A program made the translations under genes and the position numbers. Of a stretch of 64,000 nt of DNA, positions 49,616-61,248 are shown piece after piece. This DNA is from Eledone cirrhosa (Eukaryota): contig OZ024743.1 of the NCBI GenBank assembly GCA_964016885.1, positions 286,006,001 to 286,070,000 on the forward strand. The letters run 5' to 3'. Below the pieces are notes generated by a model, which worked only from the letters and a program-made list of their open reading frames with translations, had not been told where the DNA came from and did no database searches. The first letter of the stretch is position 1. The number at the start of each line of letters is the position of its first letter.

Positions 49616-50623
49616 GTTCATAAAATGGTTTTAGGAGCTGTATGTCCAAAGTTATTGCCTGCTCTTCACTACTCATCAAAAGGTTCATTTCCCAAAGTGG
49701 TATTTCCAAGTTCGGTCAGTAGGGAAGGACTTTTAGCATTTATAGAATACATGTACACTGGTGTGTTAGATCTGAATGAAGATATTCTTGTCCAACTGAA
49801 GACTATTGGTGAAAAACTAGAAATGAAAGATTTTGAAGAACTTTGTAGTAAAGAACTGAAGAAAGCTAAGGCTAAAAATATTTTATCAACTGTGGTGGAA
49901 CCTTTGTTGGCAGAACCTTGTTCTTTATCAGGACTGTTCCCTTCCAAAAATCAAGTCGATACTAATGAGATTCAGAATTCTACATTAATGAAGTTACTTA
50001 GAAATATTTGCAATAATACTAGCATACAAACTGATGTTGCTATTAATGTTGCATCAACATCTAGATCCTCTCCGTCTTGTGCTTCTGATGTAAGATCTGC
50101 AGAAAATATGGCTACAAGCCAGATTCTTGATATCAAGACTGAAATGGAACCAGAGACAGAGCCTGCACCAAACCAGAATTCTCTAGAGTTAAATAGTCCT
50201 GAAGAAGAAATGTGCATGGGTATTAACAATGTTCAGTTAAAGCCTGCTGCCACTGATGGAAATATTAATAAAGACAATGGGTTAACAGTTACATATTCAA
50301 ATAACCAGTATAAAAATGATATAAACATGGATTCCAGTGATATGAATGTATCTGATATCAATCAATCTGAAGAGACTTGTTTATCACAGCATACAGAAAA
50401 CTGCGATAAAGAAACAGATAATCAGAAAGAATTACAGTTAATTTCAGTAACATCTGCAACAGGCAATATAAGTGAAGACAGTTTCGGCAATAATTCTGAT
50501 GTAATGGAGATCTCCAGTACCATGTGCACAAATACAGACCCACCTCAAACATCAAATCCTCAACCATTCCCTGTTAGTTTATTTTCTGTGAATGATGATG
50601 AAGATGCAACTCTATTAATATAG
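49616..50623 (+). CDS. BTB gene B exon 4 (BTB/POZ core plus tail, stop TAG)
   Basis: Acceptor gttttcAG; VHKMVLGAVCP...EYMYTGVLDLNEDILVQLKTIGEKLEMKDFEELC. 1008-nt open frame, paralogous to 21629-22681. Confidence 0.9.
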   Translation, partial: VHKMVLGAVCPKLLPALHYSSKGSFPKVVFPSSVSREGLLAFIEYMYTGVLDLNEDILVQLKTIGEKLEMKDFEELCSKELKKAKAKNILSTVVEPLLAEPCSLSGLFPSKNQVDTNEIQNSTLMKLLRNICNNTSIQTDVAINVASTSRSSPSCASDVRSAENMATSQILDIKTEMEPETEPAPNQNSLELNSPEEEMCMGINNVQLKPAATDGNINKDNGLTVTYSNNQYKNDINMDSSDMNVSDINQSEETCLSQHTENCDKETDNQKELQLISVTSATGNISEDSFGNNSDVMEISSTMCTNTDPPQTSNPQPFPVSLFSVNDDEDATLLI

Positions 50624-51509
50624 TGGACTTTATCAATTAAATTTCCCAGTATTCAGATTTTGTACAAAATATTTGCAATTATTTTTAATTGCAAATTTCA
50701 GATTTCATTTCATTATTTAAATTCTATTAAAGCAATCACCTACTTAATCATTAATTTTTTTGTATCTTATTTTTATCAATAAACTTTTGAAAAACATTTT
50801 CAGTTTTGGTTTTGGTGGATAATTTCATTACATGTCTTTTGAAATGTATGAAAAACTGAAAGAATGTTTTAGTGAATAAATAAAAAATTTTCTGGTTTTA
50901 ACAGTAAAAAGATATAGTGAGTACCACTGTGATAATTTTGTATTACCTGTATTGCTGAAACATTTCTCATTGTTTTTTAAAGGGATTACCTGGTGTCAGC
51001 TACTTCCTGTGAATAACAGTAGTAATGTATAAATGAAAACTGGTTCAGTAGCATATTGTTGAGCTATAAAATCAACTGTAACTCCCTAAATCTCAAGATT
51101 TACCTTACTACATACAACTTCTCTCTCAAATCATATTGTCATAAAAAAGGTAGAACACATTAGATAACTGTCTGAATCTCCATTGCTCTTAAAGTTACAG
51201 TTTGAAGTATTGGATGATTGTGGTGTCAATATAGCAAACCCCCTCAAGGTCTTCATGGATTGTCATGTCAGCTGAAGGTGAGTTGCTTCACTCACCCGAC
51301 TAAAAAAAAAAAATAGAATGAGACTTTTCCAGAGAAAATATGTCTACTTCTGAAGCCACTGGGGTGGTACAAGGATGATGAAAAAATGTCTGTTAAGTTT
51401 ACCCTTTACCTTTTGACCATCTGATGCGTTATATAGGAACACCATTGCCAGTGGTTATTGCAGAGATATGTACTAATATTTTTAAAACAAAAATAATATA
51501 CAAAGTAGT

Positions 51510-51640
51510 ATCAAGAAGTTTTTGGACTAGTTCTGTAGTGCACCAACAGATGGCAACACGGTTGCGTGCGCAGTGACCTTCATGTGCCAGTCTTACGAGT
51601 GACATTGCTGTGTTCACTTCCCAAGTTGTGAAATTTTACC
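51510..51640 (+). mobile_element. 5' fragment of the mariner family seen at 16290-16905
   Basis: ggactagttctgtagtgcaccaacagatggcaacac...ttcacttcccaagttgtgaaattt matches the reverse complement of 16755-16885. Confidence 0.65.
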
Positions 51641-52806
51641 TGTTCCAGCTGAAGCTATGCTGGGGCACCACCATTATTATCAACTTATTGAATTTTTATC
51701 TTTGTCCATATATATTTCATATAATATATTTTTATATTAGAAATGTACTATTTGTAGTCCAGTTTTCCTTAGGATATACAGAAACACACACATACACTTT
51801 TTTTAGTCTGTTGCACTTAAAATTCCTGCATTTTCAATCAAAACTCTTAGTGTGGTAACAACTCTATCTCCCTATCTATCTTTCACATACACACTCTCTC
51901 TGTCTCACTGTATTGCTTTCTCAATAACAACAACCACCTGTCATTATAGTGAAAGTTTTTTTTTTTTAGTCTGTGTTGCGTTTTCTCTATGCTGAAGGAC
52001 ATACAGAAACACTCACACAAACAACAACAAAAAACTGTATTCTTTTCGTTTGTTTGCAGGTTAAGTTTTAGTTAGAGAGAGGGGGCATGGGGAGTATCAT
52101 TTCCATTACTATATAAGGAGAGCCTGATGGACGGATTGACAGGCATTATTATAATTTAGACTAGCTGGTTCTGTGCCGTCAAAAATGACAGCTAATTGTA
52201 ATATACATACATAATATAAAAAAGAGATGTTTGTTTGTTGGTTGGTTGCTTCCTTCACACAAGTGATACAAACATACAAACACACAGTCAATGTGTGTAG
52301 CCAAATCACTACACATACACACAGTTGTGACGAATCTTTGCTGGATTCTATAGTTTCTCACCCCCTCCTTCTTCAGTCATCACATAGATGTGTGAGTATG
52401 TAGCGTGGTAGACGTTACACGATGATGATGAAATATAATTTACACAAACACACACATAATCATAACAGCCAAGTCGCTATGCATATAGACACACAAATGT
52501 AGTGAATAATGGATGCTGCTACCCCTTCCTTTCTCAGTTTGTCATCACCCCTTACTTCCTCAGTCATCTCTTGTGACAGACAAATACATAAGCGTATTAT
52601 CTACTTATATATATAACCAGCAATTTCTCTGTCTGTCTGTCCGACAGTGGAAACACGTGCGTAGAGAGAGAGTGAGAGTGAAAGAAAGAGACAGACTACG
52701 AGAGGGAGAGAGAGAGTGAATAGACGCTAAAACACGTGCTACAGAAACATTACCTTCCCCTCTCCACTGACTTTGGTCACTGAGGCCGAGGGAATCGCGC
52801 TGAGCA

Positions 52807-53381
52807 CGTCATAATGACGTAATGCAGACATACAGACAGATATAAGGGCGCAACGTTATATCTATGTATCTATCTAAAAAGAAAGACTAAGAATTATATA
52901 GAGAGAACGCTAAATCGCCTAATGCGGTCCCTAGGGCATTGAAAATTTGAAATAATTTTTGCTCAAAACACTCACAGGACCATAAGTATTAAAGTTTGAA
53001 AACAATCGGTTGGATGGTTCTCAAGTTTTAGTGAGCTGACAGACAGACAGACATTCTCTGTTTTAGATATATAGACTAGCAGAAAACCACACCCCGGGTG
53101 GTTTTCTGCTAGTCTATATATCTAAAACAGAGAATGTTTGTTTGTCTGACTCCCTAAAACTCAAGAACCACCCAACCGATTGTTTTCAAACTTTACACAT
53201 GTAATACTTATGGTCCTGCGAGTGTTTTGAGAAAAAAAATATTTCAAATTTTCAATACCCTAGGGATTAGGCGATTTAGCGATCTCTCTATAATTCTTAG
53301 TCTTCCTTTTTAGATAGATACATAGATATAACGTTGCACCCTTATAATATGTCTGTATGTCTGCATTACGACATTATGACG
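52807..53381. repeat. ~575-bp imperfect palindrome (two inverted copies of a Helitron-like non-autonomous element)
   Basis: Arms 52807-53090 and 53098-53381 are reverse-complementary around the loop accccgg. They contain 'ctagtctatatatctaaaa...(tgtc)n', resembling Helitron/Helentron-type MITE termini. Confidence 0.85.
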
Positions 53382-53699
53382 CCATATGAGTGTGTGTGTG
53401 TGTGTATATATGTATATATATAATGTGTGTATATATATATATAGTGTGTAACGTTTTTAGAAATATTTACTTCTGCATTCACAGATTGATTTTTTTAGTT
53501 TCAGGAGATCCCGTTAAGGGTGAAAGCAGCGATTCTTTGCTTTTAATCTGTTATTTTAATATATATATATAATTATATATTCGTATATAGATATTTTTGC
53601 ATACTCAATAACAAAATATAAACAAACGTATTTATTTCACGAGGCTCGATAAGGATAAATATATATCAAATATATAAGAACCCTAGAGCAAATCCCGAA

Positions 53700-53850
53700 T
53701 TACTCAGTGCATTACTGGTACTTTATTTTATCGACCCCGTAAGGGTGAAAGGCAAAGTCAACCTCGGCCGGATTTGAACTCAGATCGTAAAGGGACGTAA
53801 CTATGCTGGAAAGCATGGCGTCCGACCCTCTACCGATACTGCCAATCCAA
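53700..53850 (-). mobile_element. tRNA-derived SINE (MetaSINE-like core)
   Basis: actggtactttattttatcgaccccgtaagggtgaaaggcaaagtcaacctcggccggatttgaactc...gccaatcca. Confidence 0.8.
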
Positions 53851-54864
53851 ATGTTGAGACATAGTAAATGGAGTTACAGCGATGAGTTATATTGAATTAT
53901 AAAATGAATAAAACAACAATGAATACTACCTCCAGCTTCTATATATTTATTGTTATTACTCTACAGGAAGCTGGATGCAATCATAAGGTCCCTCTGCGTG
54001 GAACCTTGGGCAAGTGTCATGTATCAACCAAAATGAAACTGCGTGGTCGTAAACTGTTTGGAAGCCCGTTGGGTGGACTGTAAATCTTGTCGCCGTTTCC
54101 ACTGGAAATTACGTTATGTATGGGTTCATATGTTTGTTGAATGCTCAGCCACTTGCACGATAATTTCACGAGGAAGCTGTTTCGTTGAGTGAAAAACTCA
54201 TTGTAGAAATCAACGGAAGTTCATGGCATCCCACAGTGGATGTTGCTTGGAATTACTTCGAGTAAACCATTTTAGTCATTATAACTGGCTTTCCATGCGT
54301 ATTGGTTTCTGATTTAGGCAACAAGATCAACATTTCTGGCGGAAAGGGAAAGTCAATTAAATCGTCACCAGTGTGTTATTGGTGCTTTATTTATCGACCC
54401 CTTAAGGAGGAAAGGCAGAGCTAACATCGTAAAGGGCCATAACTATGCCGCAAAGTATGTCTACGGATACTGCCAATTTATTGAAATTAATATCATTAAA
54501 AAGGATTGCAACAGAATCAAAAATAGTCTGTAATTACCTCCCTTTACTTCCCCTCTTTTGAAAATTTTTTTGTTATACTTACTCTTCAAACCACGGATCT
54601 CGGAAGCTAACGAACATTTCCGAAAACAAATTTGTTTAAAAATAGAAAAAAACCTAACGAAAAACAAATCGAAAATGCTGTAATGTCCCTTCATTTTTAC
54701 TATTAATATATCTGTTTATGCTATCATATTCTTTAATGTCTAAAGCATTACAGGCTAAATTATAAAAGATTACAATACTTCTCTAATCTCGGATATCGCT
54801 GCATCAATCATCTTTATCATCGCATCACACAGTTTCTTAGGAAATCCGATTACAGTAACAGATA

Positions 54865-55321
54865 ATGGCAAGGCCAAAAAAATACAAGACTGAAGCAGAA
54901 AGATTAGCAGTCATGCGACAACGTCAAAGAATTAAAAGAGCTAACGAAACACCTTTAGAAAGAGATCGAAGATTGCGGATATTATCTATGAATGAACTGA
55001 AACGACGTCGAAGCGAAACAGCTGAAGAGAGAAATGAGAGACTTAAAAGGTTGTCTGTAAATGCACGTAAGAGACGAGCTAAACAAATGATAAACCAGAG
55101 AAAGGAGAAGCTTAGAAAATTGTCTGGGAGTGAAATGAAAAAACGAGCCAGCGAAACGGATCAGAAAAGAAACGAGCGTGCATCAGAACCAACCTGTCGT
55201 ACTCAACTGGGTATCGGGACAAGAGGCCGAAAGCGGAATTCTAATGGTATTAAAATGGACTTGACTAACTGTTTGGATGACCACAAAAATCATTTCCTGG
55301 AGCGGCTGCAACACGACCCTG
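54865..55321 (+). CDS. BTB gene C exon 1: STPR-like 23-aa repeat DNA-binding domain
   Basis: ATG at 54865; MARPKKYKTEAER then ETPLERDRRLRILSMNELKRRRS / ETAEERNERLKRLSVNARKRRAK / QMINQRKEKLRKLSGSEMKKRAS. Donor CCTG|GTATCT (phase 1) at the same position as in gene B. Confidence 0.8.
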
Positions 55322-56759
55322 GTATCTGTCTCTATGAACTTTTGATTTACGGGTGATAATAACTAGCATACCTAATTTCATTTCCCTCCAACACAGAATA
55401 TTAAGAAATCAATATTTTTTTTTAAATTCTGGTTTAGTTTTGGGGGTTCTAATAATCTAGTTACACTTTTTTTCTTTTACGTATATCACAATATTTTGAT
55501 ATCTTTTCAAACCTGAATTATGTTTGTTTAATTCTCTCATCTCTAGGTGATCTGGGTGAGAGATTTACTATCTATATGTTAATCGTTTCTTTTTCGCCCT
55601 ACACATCAACTTACGATGGAAAAGTTGTCAAAATGCCACATGGATCGTAAAAGTACCAAGTGCTCATAATTGAATTTTGCCAATTTATAATACATTCTAA
55701 TAAATATTCCTAAGATGTACTTCTTTTCTCCAGTCAGCTAATTGATATAAAGTCATTCACAGACACGCACCATCCTCTGTCCCACGGACATGTCCTTTCT
55801 GTTTGCCTCTTCTATTGCTTCAACAACAGCCTCGGTTACACAGTGTCTAGTCTTATATCAGCTCCATTCTGGCACTCCCAACTTATTCCCCTTTCTTTCT
55901 CTCATTGTCAGGGCCTCCAAGGGAAATTTTGCAAGGCGGTACAAGACCCCTTTATGGTCTGAAACAGGCAAAGATTTTTCTGAAAATGGATGTTGCATGG
56001 TTGCTGTGGGGCCTTCTTAGCTCTTGGGCTCCAGAACAAAGAACCGACCGGACCCCACTCTCATAAGCCCTGCATATTGTGTCAACACAAACAACTACAC
56101 CTAATCATTCTTGCCGATATGACAGTCCTCTAGAAATTCCTCTTACAGATGTTGACTTGCAACTATTAAAGTAGGATATCAACGGCACCAATCTCATTGA
56201 TTTTGGAGCACCTACAAGGGCCATGGGCATTTTCCCTTCTCCCAAACCTAAGAAAAATAATATTAATTCTTAGATATTTAAAAAAAATATATTAGTCTTT
56301 TATGTACTGATTCTGTCTGGTGCTCAGTTTAATTCCCTAGTTGCTATTTTTTGTGGGAGGGATCATATTTCAAGGATCCACTGGTGTTTTGGTTGCCCAT
56401 TACCTTTAGTTAGTGTTTGGTTTGCGAGGAAGTCCAAGTAGACCATCTTATCTGCCTGATATTGATTGCACACTAATCATGGATGAAATCACTTTCAGAA
56501 ACATGCACAGCAGCTAATAATAAGTCTTTTAATTAAACATAAGCCAAAATGGTGTGTGTATGTCTGTTTATAAGTTTATTTATCATCAAATTGTAGTTGT
56601 AAAATTACACAATTCCAATAGAAATAATATATATTTGAAAATCTATTTTGACTATGGAATGGAAAAAGCATCCATAGCTGAATTTTGCCACTGTGACATA
56701 GACATTTAAGATAATGTTTATACATATAAGCACGTTTGTGCAACTTAAAAACGTATGTT

Positions 56760-58080
56760 ATCATTATCAAACGCATGTTATCATTATCAAACGTTTTTCC
56801 ATGCTTGTATGAGTTAGGTAGATCTTTTCTAACACAGCTTCCCGCTCCTTCTTGCGATCCTTCATCATCTCTCAACTTCAGCATTCTGAGATTACTTCTC
56901 ACTTCTGCCCACAAGTTTTCCTTTTCTGCAGTCTCTTTCCACTGGGAGCTCTTGAAACTTATTCACTCAATGATTATCAACAATATGTACCATTTGTCCA
57001 TACCAGTACAATCTTTGTACACTGCATTTGATTCCTCTTATACCCAGTTTTTCTCTCAACTCACCTGTGCTTCGTTGTTATTGCACACTAACATTACACA
57101 TCCAACCAAGCATACTAGCTTCATTTCTTTCCAACATTCACACATATTCTGCATTCAATTACCATTTCTCATACCATGCAACATCACACTTTGTATGCAG
57201 GCATCATGTAGTCTACCTTTTGCTAAGAGACAGAATCCCTTTGTTGCTAGCAAAAGTAGTAGCTCCCTGAGCTTTTTCCTCCTCGTTTATATTCTGGCTA
57301 CTATGCTTTTATAACACCCTCCTCAACTGCTAATTTGGTCTCTAGGCATCAGAAGCTATCAACTACTTCTTTAGTTTGGAAACAATTTATTTCACATGTG
57401 CTCTTATAACTAACCACTCCTGTCCATCTGCTACACACAAAATCTCTTTTCGCTGTTAACCTTCCTGTGATCCTACTCCATCTCTTGTACACTTAAAGTT
57501 TACACTAGATGCATTGAATGAAGTCTACCTAATCCTTTTCTGTAAATTGAACATGATTCTGTCTTTTTTCCAACTTAGTAAAACTTTGGTTTTTGCTATG
57601 TTTACCCTGGAACTTCTCTAAATCTTCTGCAGGTTCAACTATTAGTGCCAAATCATCAGCAGTTCTCATGGACAACTTGTCTTAAACTCCTTTGTCATAG
57701 CCTGGAGGACTTTCATAAACAAGAGTGGAATGAGGTCAAAGACTTGATGAACACCCACCTGCACTTTGAATTCTGTGCTAAACACATTGCTTACTCTTTA
57801 CTGATAGCACTTCGGTACATGGCTTGCACTTTTCTCATAAGCTATACATTTTCACCTAGTTTTCCTAAGGACCATCAGTTGACAGATTGTGGTACTCTAT
57901 TAAAACCCTTTTCCAAATCATTGAAAGCTATGTATAGCAGCTTACACTTAACTAGGAACATCTTACTAAGAGGGCATCAGTGCTGCTCCTTTCTGGCACA
58001 AAACCAAACTGCATCTCATCTAATTTGATTCTTTCTCTAATTAGTTGTGCTAAAACACTTTCTGCTACCTTAATAATGTA
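56760..58080 (-). mobile_element. Decayed RTE LINE (RT to 3' end) in intron 1 of gene C
   Basis: Minus-strand 'gagatgcagtttggttttgtgcc' (EMQFGFV) and C-terminal MWAEVRSNLRMLKL. Many disablements. Confidence 0.75.
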
Positions 58081-59270
58081 ATCCATGTATGTTTCATTAT
58101 CTATCTGCTTTTATGTGTGTGTGTGTGTAATTATTTTAGCCATTTCAGTCATTTGACTGCAGGTATGCTGGGGTTCTGCTTTGATTTAGTCAATCATATC
58201 AACACTAATATAGCTTAGTTCTTATCTTAGTGATAACTATTTTTGTTGAACTACTAAGTTACAGACATGGACAGAAACTCATATACACATACAAACACAC
58301 ACACACATATATATAGATGCAGAGGTGGTGAATTGGCAGAGTTGATAGAATGTTTCCTGTATTTTGGTTTCTGAATCAATGTTTGATTCAAATCCCACTG
58401 ATGACCAGGGCTAATCACTTGATCACAGTTGATTATACTGCAGACAACTGATGATAATGATTTATATTATATATATGATAAAGTTATATCTGAAACTGTA
58501 AATATGCCAAATATATGTATTTCCCTGTAAATTGAAAATATGATAAATAACATTAATCAATTTTTAATCTAGTCAGGCTCTCATTAGAAGGTATATATAT
58601 CATCTAAACAATCACAAGGAAATATATAAACGAGTACTTATACACCCACTTAATGTATCCGAAAATGAATGTACTAATTTGCATATTATTAGCATTCATG
58701 CTAATAGTTAATTAAGATATATATTAAGCTGTGCACTAAGCAGCCAAAATATACGATATCTGTGAATATATACAAGAGGTAACTAAGACTACATAAATGT
58801 GTATATTAATTTACACATTTTTAATATATAGATATATAAACACATCAAATATATGTATTTCCTTGTACATTATAAAAATGATCAATACCTTTAATTAATT
58901 TTCTAACTTTGGAATGAAGAATTGGGATAAGTATATGGCTGCAGGGATTTAGTATAGATGGTAATGACATGAGTTAGATTTATGTGGGATTGGTGCAGTT
59001 GTAGAGGAGATATAGAGCCGACACAGTATATTAGCTATTTGGTAGTTGTAGAATGAAGTATTGCGTATGATGATAATGATAAACAAGGTAGATGGTGATG
59101 TGGAACAGCAATAATGATGATATTGATGAATGTTGGACTTAAAAGACACTACCTAGATATCTTTGACACTTAAAAAGAAAAAAAATATACCTTGAAATGG
59201 GAAATATGAACTATACAAATATAGAATTGTTAATATTTTAAAATACTCATTTTTTATTGTTTTCATTCAG

Positions 59271-59523
59271 AAAATTCTTTACTTGGATGTAACTCTCATT
59301 TTATAGAGAAGTTTGAAGTTCTTGTTGAAAAATCGGAACTGAATTCCATCCCATCTTCCCAACTCCATTGTGGTGAAAAAAGAAAATTGAAAAAAGTCTC
59401 TGGAAATTGTGTAAATCAGAAACAGAAAAACAAAACCGGAACACACAGAAACCAATCAACCTCAGTCAACAGTTCTAATGAAGTGAATTCAAGATTATAC
59501 CAAAATAGTACCAATACAGTGTT
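59271..59523 (+). CDS. BTB gene C exon 2 (linker with KRKLKK basic motif)
   Basis: Acceptor ttttcattcAG (phase 1), 253-nt open frame ENSLLGCNSHF...GEKRKLKKVSG...NSRLYQNSTNTV, donor TT|GTGAGT (phase 2). Joins exons 1 and 3 in frame. Confidence 0.72.
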
Positions 59524-59590
59524 GTGAGTGTTTTAAACATTTCTTTTAATACTATCCTTTATTTTGCAAATATAGCTATTTAGTTGGAGT

Positions 59591-59864
59591 CAGAGGCATA
59601 ACTAGGGAAATTAGCGCCTATGGCAAGTAGTGAAATTGCACCTCTGCCCAGCATTGTATATTTACCTATGGGCCTAATAATTTATATAAATGGTTTAATG
59701 ATTCAGCCACCATAGTGTTCTTGCCCATGATAATCAGAGACAGATCATACATCTGAAGAAGTTTCTTTTTTAACTTTAATAGAAAGTGCTCCTAGTCCAA
59801 GTGGTACCCCCTTCATGTGGCAAACATGTCGTGCCATGCTTGCCATACCCTAGTTACACCTCTG
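59591..59864. mobile_element. hAT-like MITE in intron 2 of gene C
   Basis: TIRs cagaggcataactaggg / ccctagttacacctctg; degenerate 8-bp TSD gttggagt / gttgaagc. Confidence 0.7.
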
Positions 59865-60223
59865 GTTGAAGCAGATGTCCATATAGCTGAATGTCCTTCC
59901 TACAGCTAGGCACCCAACCTAGAGGTTCAAGCAAACTACAAATATACAATATTATCTTAGATTTATTAATGTGAGTGTTTGTGTACACTCTAAAATAGTT
60001 AATATTACTACAAACTGTTAATAGCATATTACACCCCAAACCTCAGTATTACATAGAGTATTTCATACATGTAGTAGTTTTACATGTGTATAGTTCTGCA
60101 AGAGACTATCTGATGCCCTTCTATGTAGAAAAAATAAAAGCTAGATTTATTACCCAGCCTGAAGTCTACTCTAATTGCATTGTTGACTAACTATTGATAT
60201 GTTTTATGTTTTTATATTTCAAG

Positions 60224-60401
60224 CCATTCTGTTTCCAGTGAAAGCTTACTTCACCCACAATCAACTGTACCTAATGCTAAGGAGAAACGCATTTTAGTGA
60301 TTCCAAATCACCAAGTGGCAATGATGTCCAATCTATTTTCTATGTGGAAAGCTGAACGTTTGTGTGACTCATACATTAGTAATGGTACTACGAATATATT
60401 G
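60224..60401 (+). CDS. BTB gene C exon 3 (N-terminal part of BTB domain)
   Basis: Phase-2 acceptor tttcaAG; HSVSSES...IPNHQVAMMSNLFSMWKAERLCDSYISNGTTNIL; donor GTATGT. Confidence 0.88.
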
Positions 60402-60489
60402 GTATGTTATAACCTTCATTATGATGTATAATATAGAATCAGTTGACAGCTTCTGTTACCTGAGTAACCAAATTAGTCATGTTAGATGC

Positions 60490-61080
60490 TCATCTTGGAG
60501 TCATGACAAAAGAACCTAGTCCTCTCTGTAAGGTATCATGACAAAAGAGCACTTAGGCCTCCTTGCAGGGTGGTCATGCTGGTGGCATGACAAATAAGCA
60601 CCCAGTTCACCCTGTAAAGTGGTTATGTTGGTGGCATCACAGAAGGTGCCTGATCTGCCCCTTGGAATGGTCATGTTGGTGAAACGACAAATGCACCCAA
60701 CCTAACCTTGGTAACATGACAAAAAGCACTTAGCCCAGTCTTGGTGACATGACAAAAAGCACCCAGTCCACACTGTAAAGTGGTTGTGTTGGTGATATGA
60801 CAAAAAGTATCCTGTCCACATTGTAAAGTTGTTGTTTTGGTGCCACAACAAAAAGTGCCCAGCCCACACTGTAAATTGGTTGTGTCAGTATCATGACAAA
60901 AAGTGCCAACTACACTGTAAAGTGGTCATTTCGATGTCCCAATAAAAGGCATCCAGTAAATGGGGCTGACGTTAGGAAGGGCATCCAACCATAGAACTAA
61001 GCCAGAAACAATTCTGTATGAGAAAGACATGGTCATCTGATCCGACTTGTCTTACAAAGGAATAACTTGTCTAACCCATG
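60490..61080 (+). repeat. Degenerate ~45-bp minisatellite expanded inside an RTE-tail SINE
   Basis: About ten variants of 'catgacaaaaagcacccagtccacactgtaaagtggttgtgttggtg', followed by the 'aggaagggcatcc...ctaacccatg' tail. Confidence 0.8.
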
Positions 61081-61248
61081 TTACAAATATAAATATATAT
61101 AGTTAATTGGGTGAAAGCATATTTAATGTATGTAATAAAGTTAAAGTAAAATTAAATACACTGTGAGAGCAACATACAATCATTATTATTTTTGAACAAT
61201 TATTATTTTTGCCACATTTATTCCAGATGTATTTTATCATGTTTTCAG

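Noticed and set aside
55548-55556. Possible 9-nt microexon (ag|GTGATCTGG|gtgag) in gene C intron 1
   Set aside because: It is phase-compatible but too short to support without transcript data, and it is not needed for the reading frame.
60490-60960. CRISPR-like array of short repeats
   Set aside because: The units are degenerate, contiguous tandem repeats without unique spacers. They are part of a eukaryotic SINE tail, and there are no cas genes.
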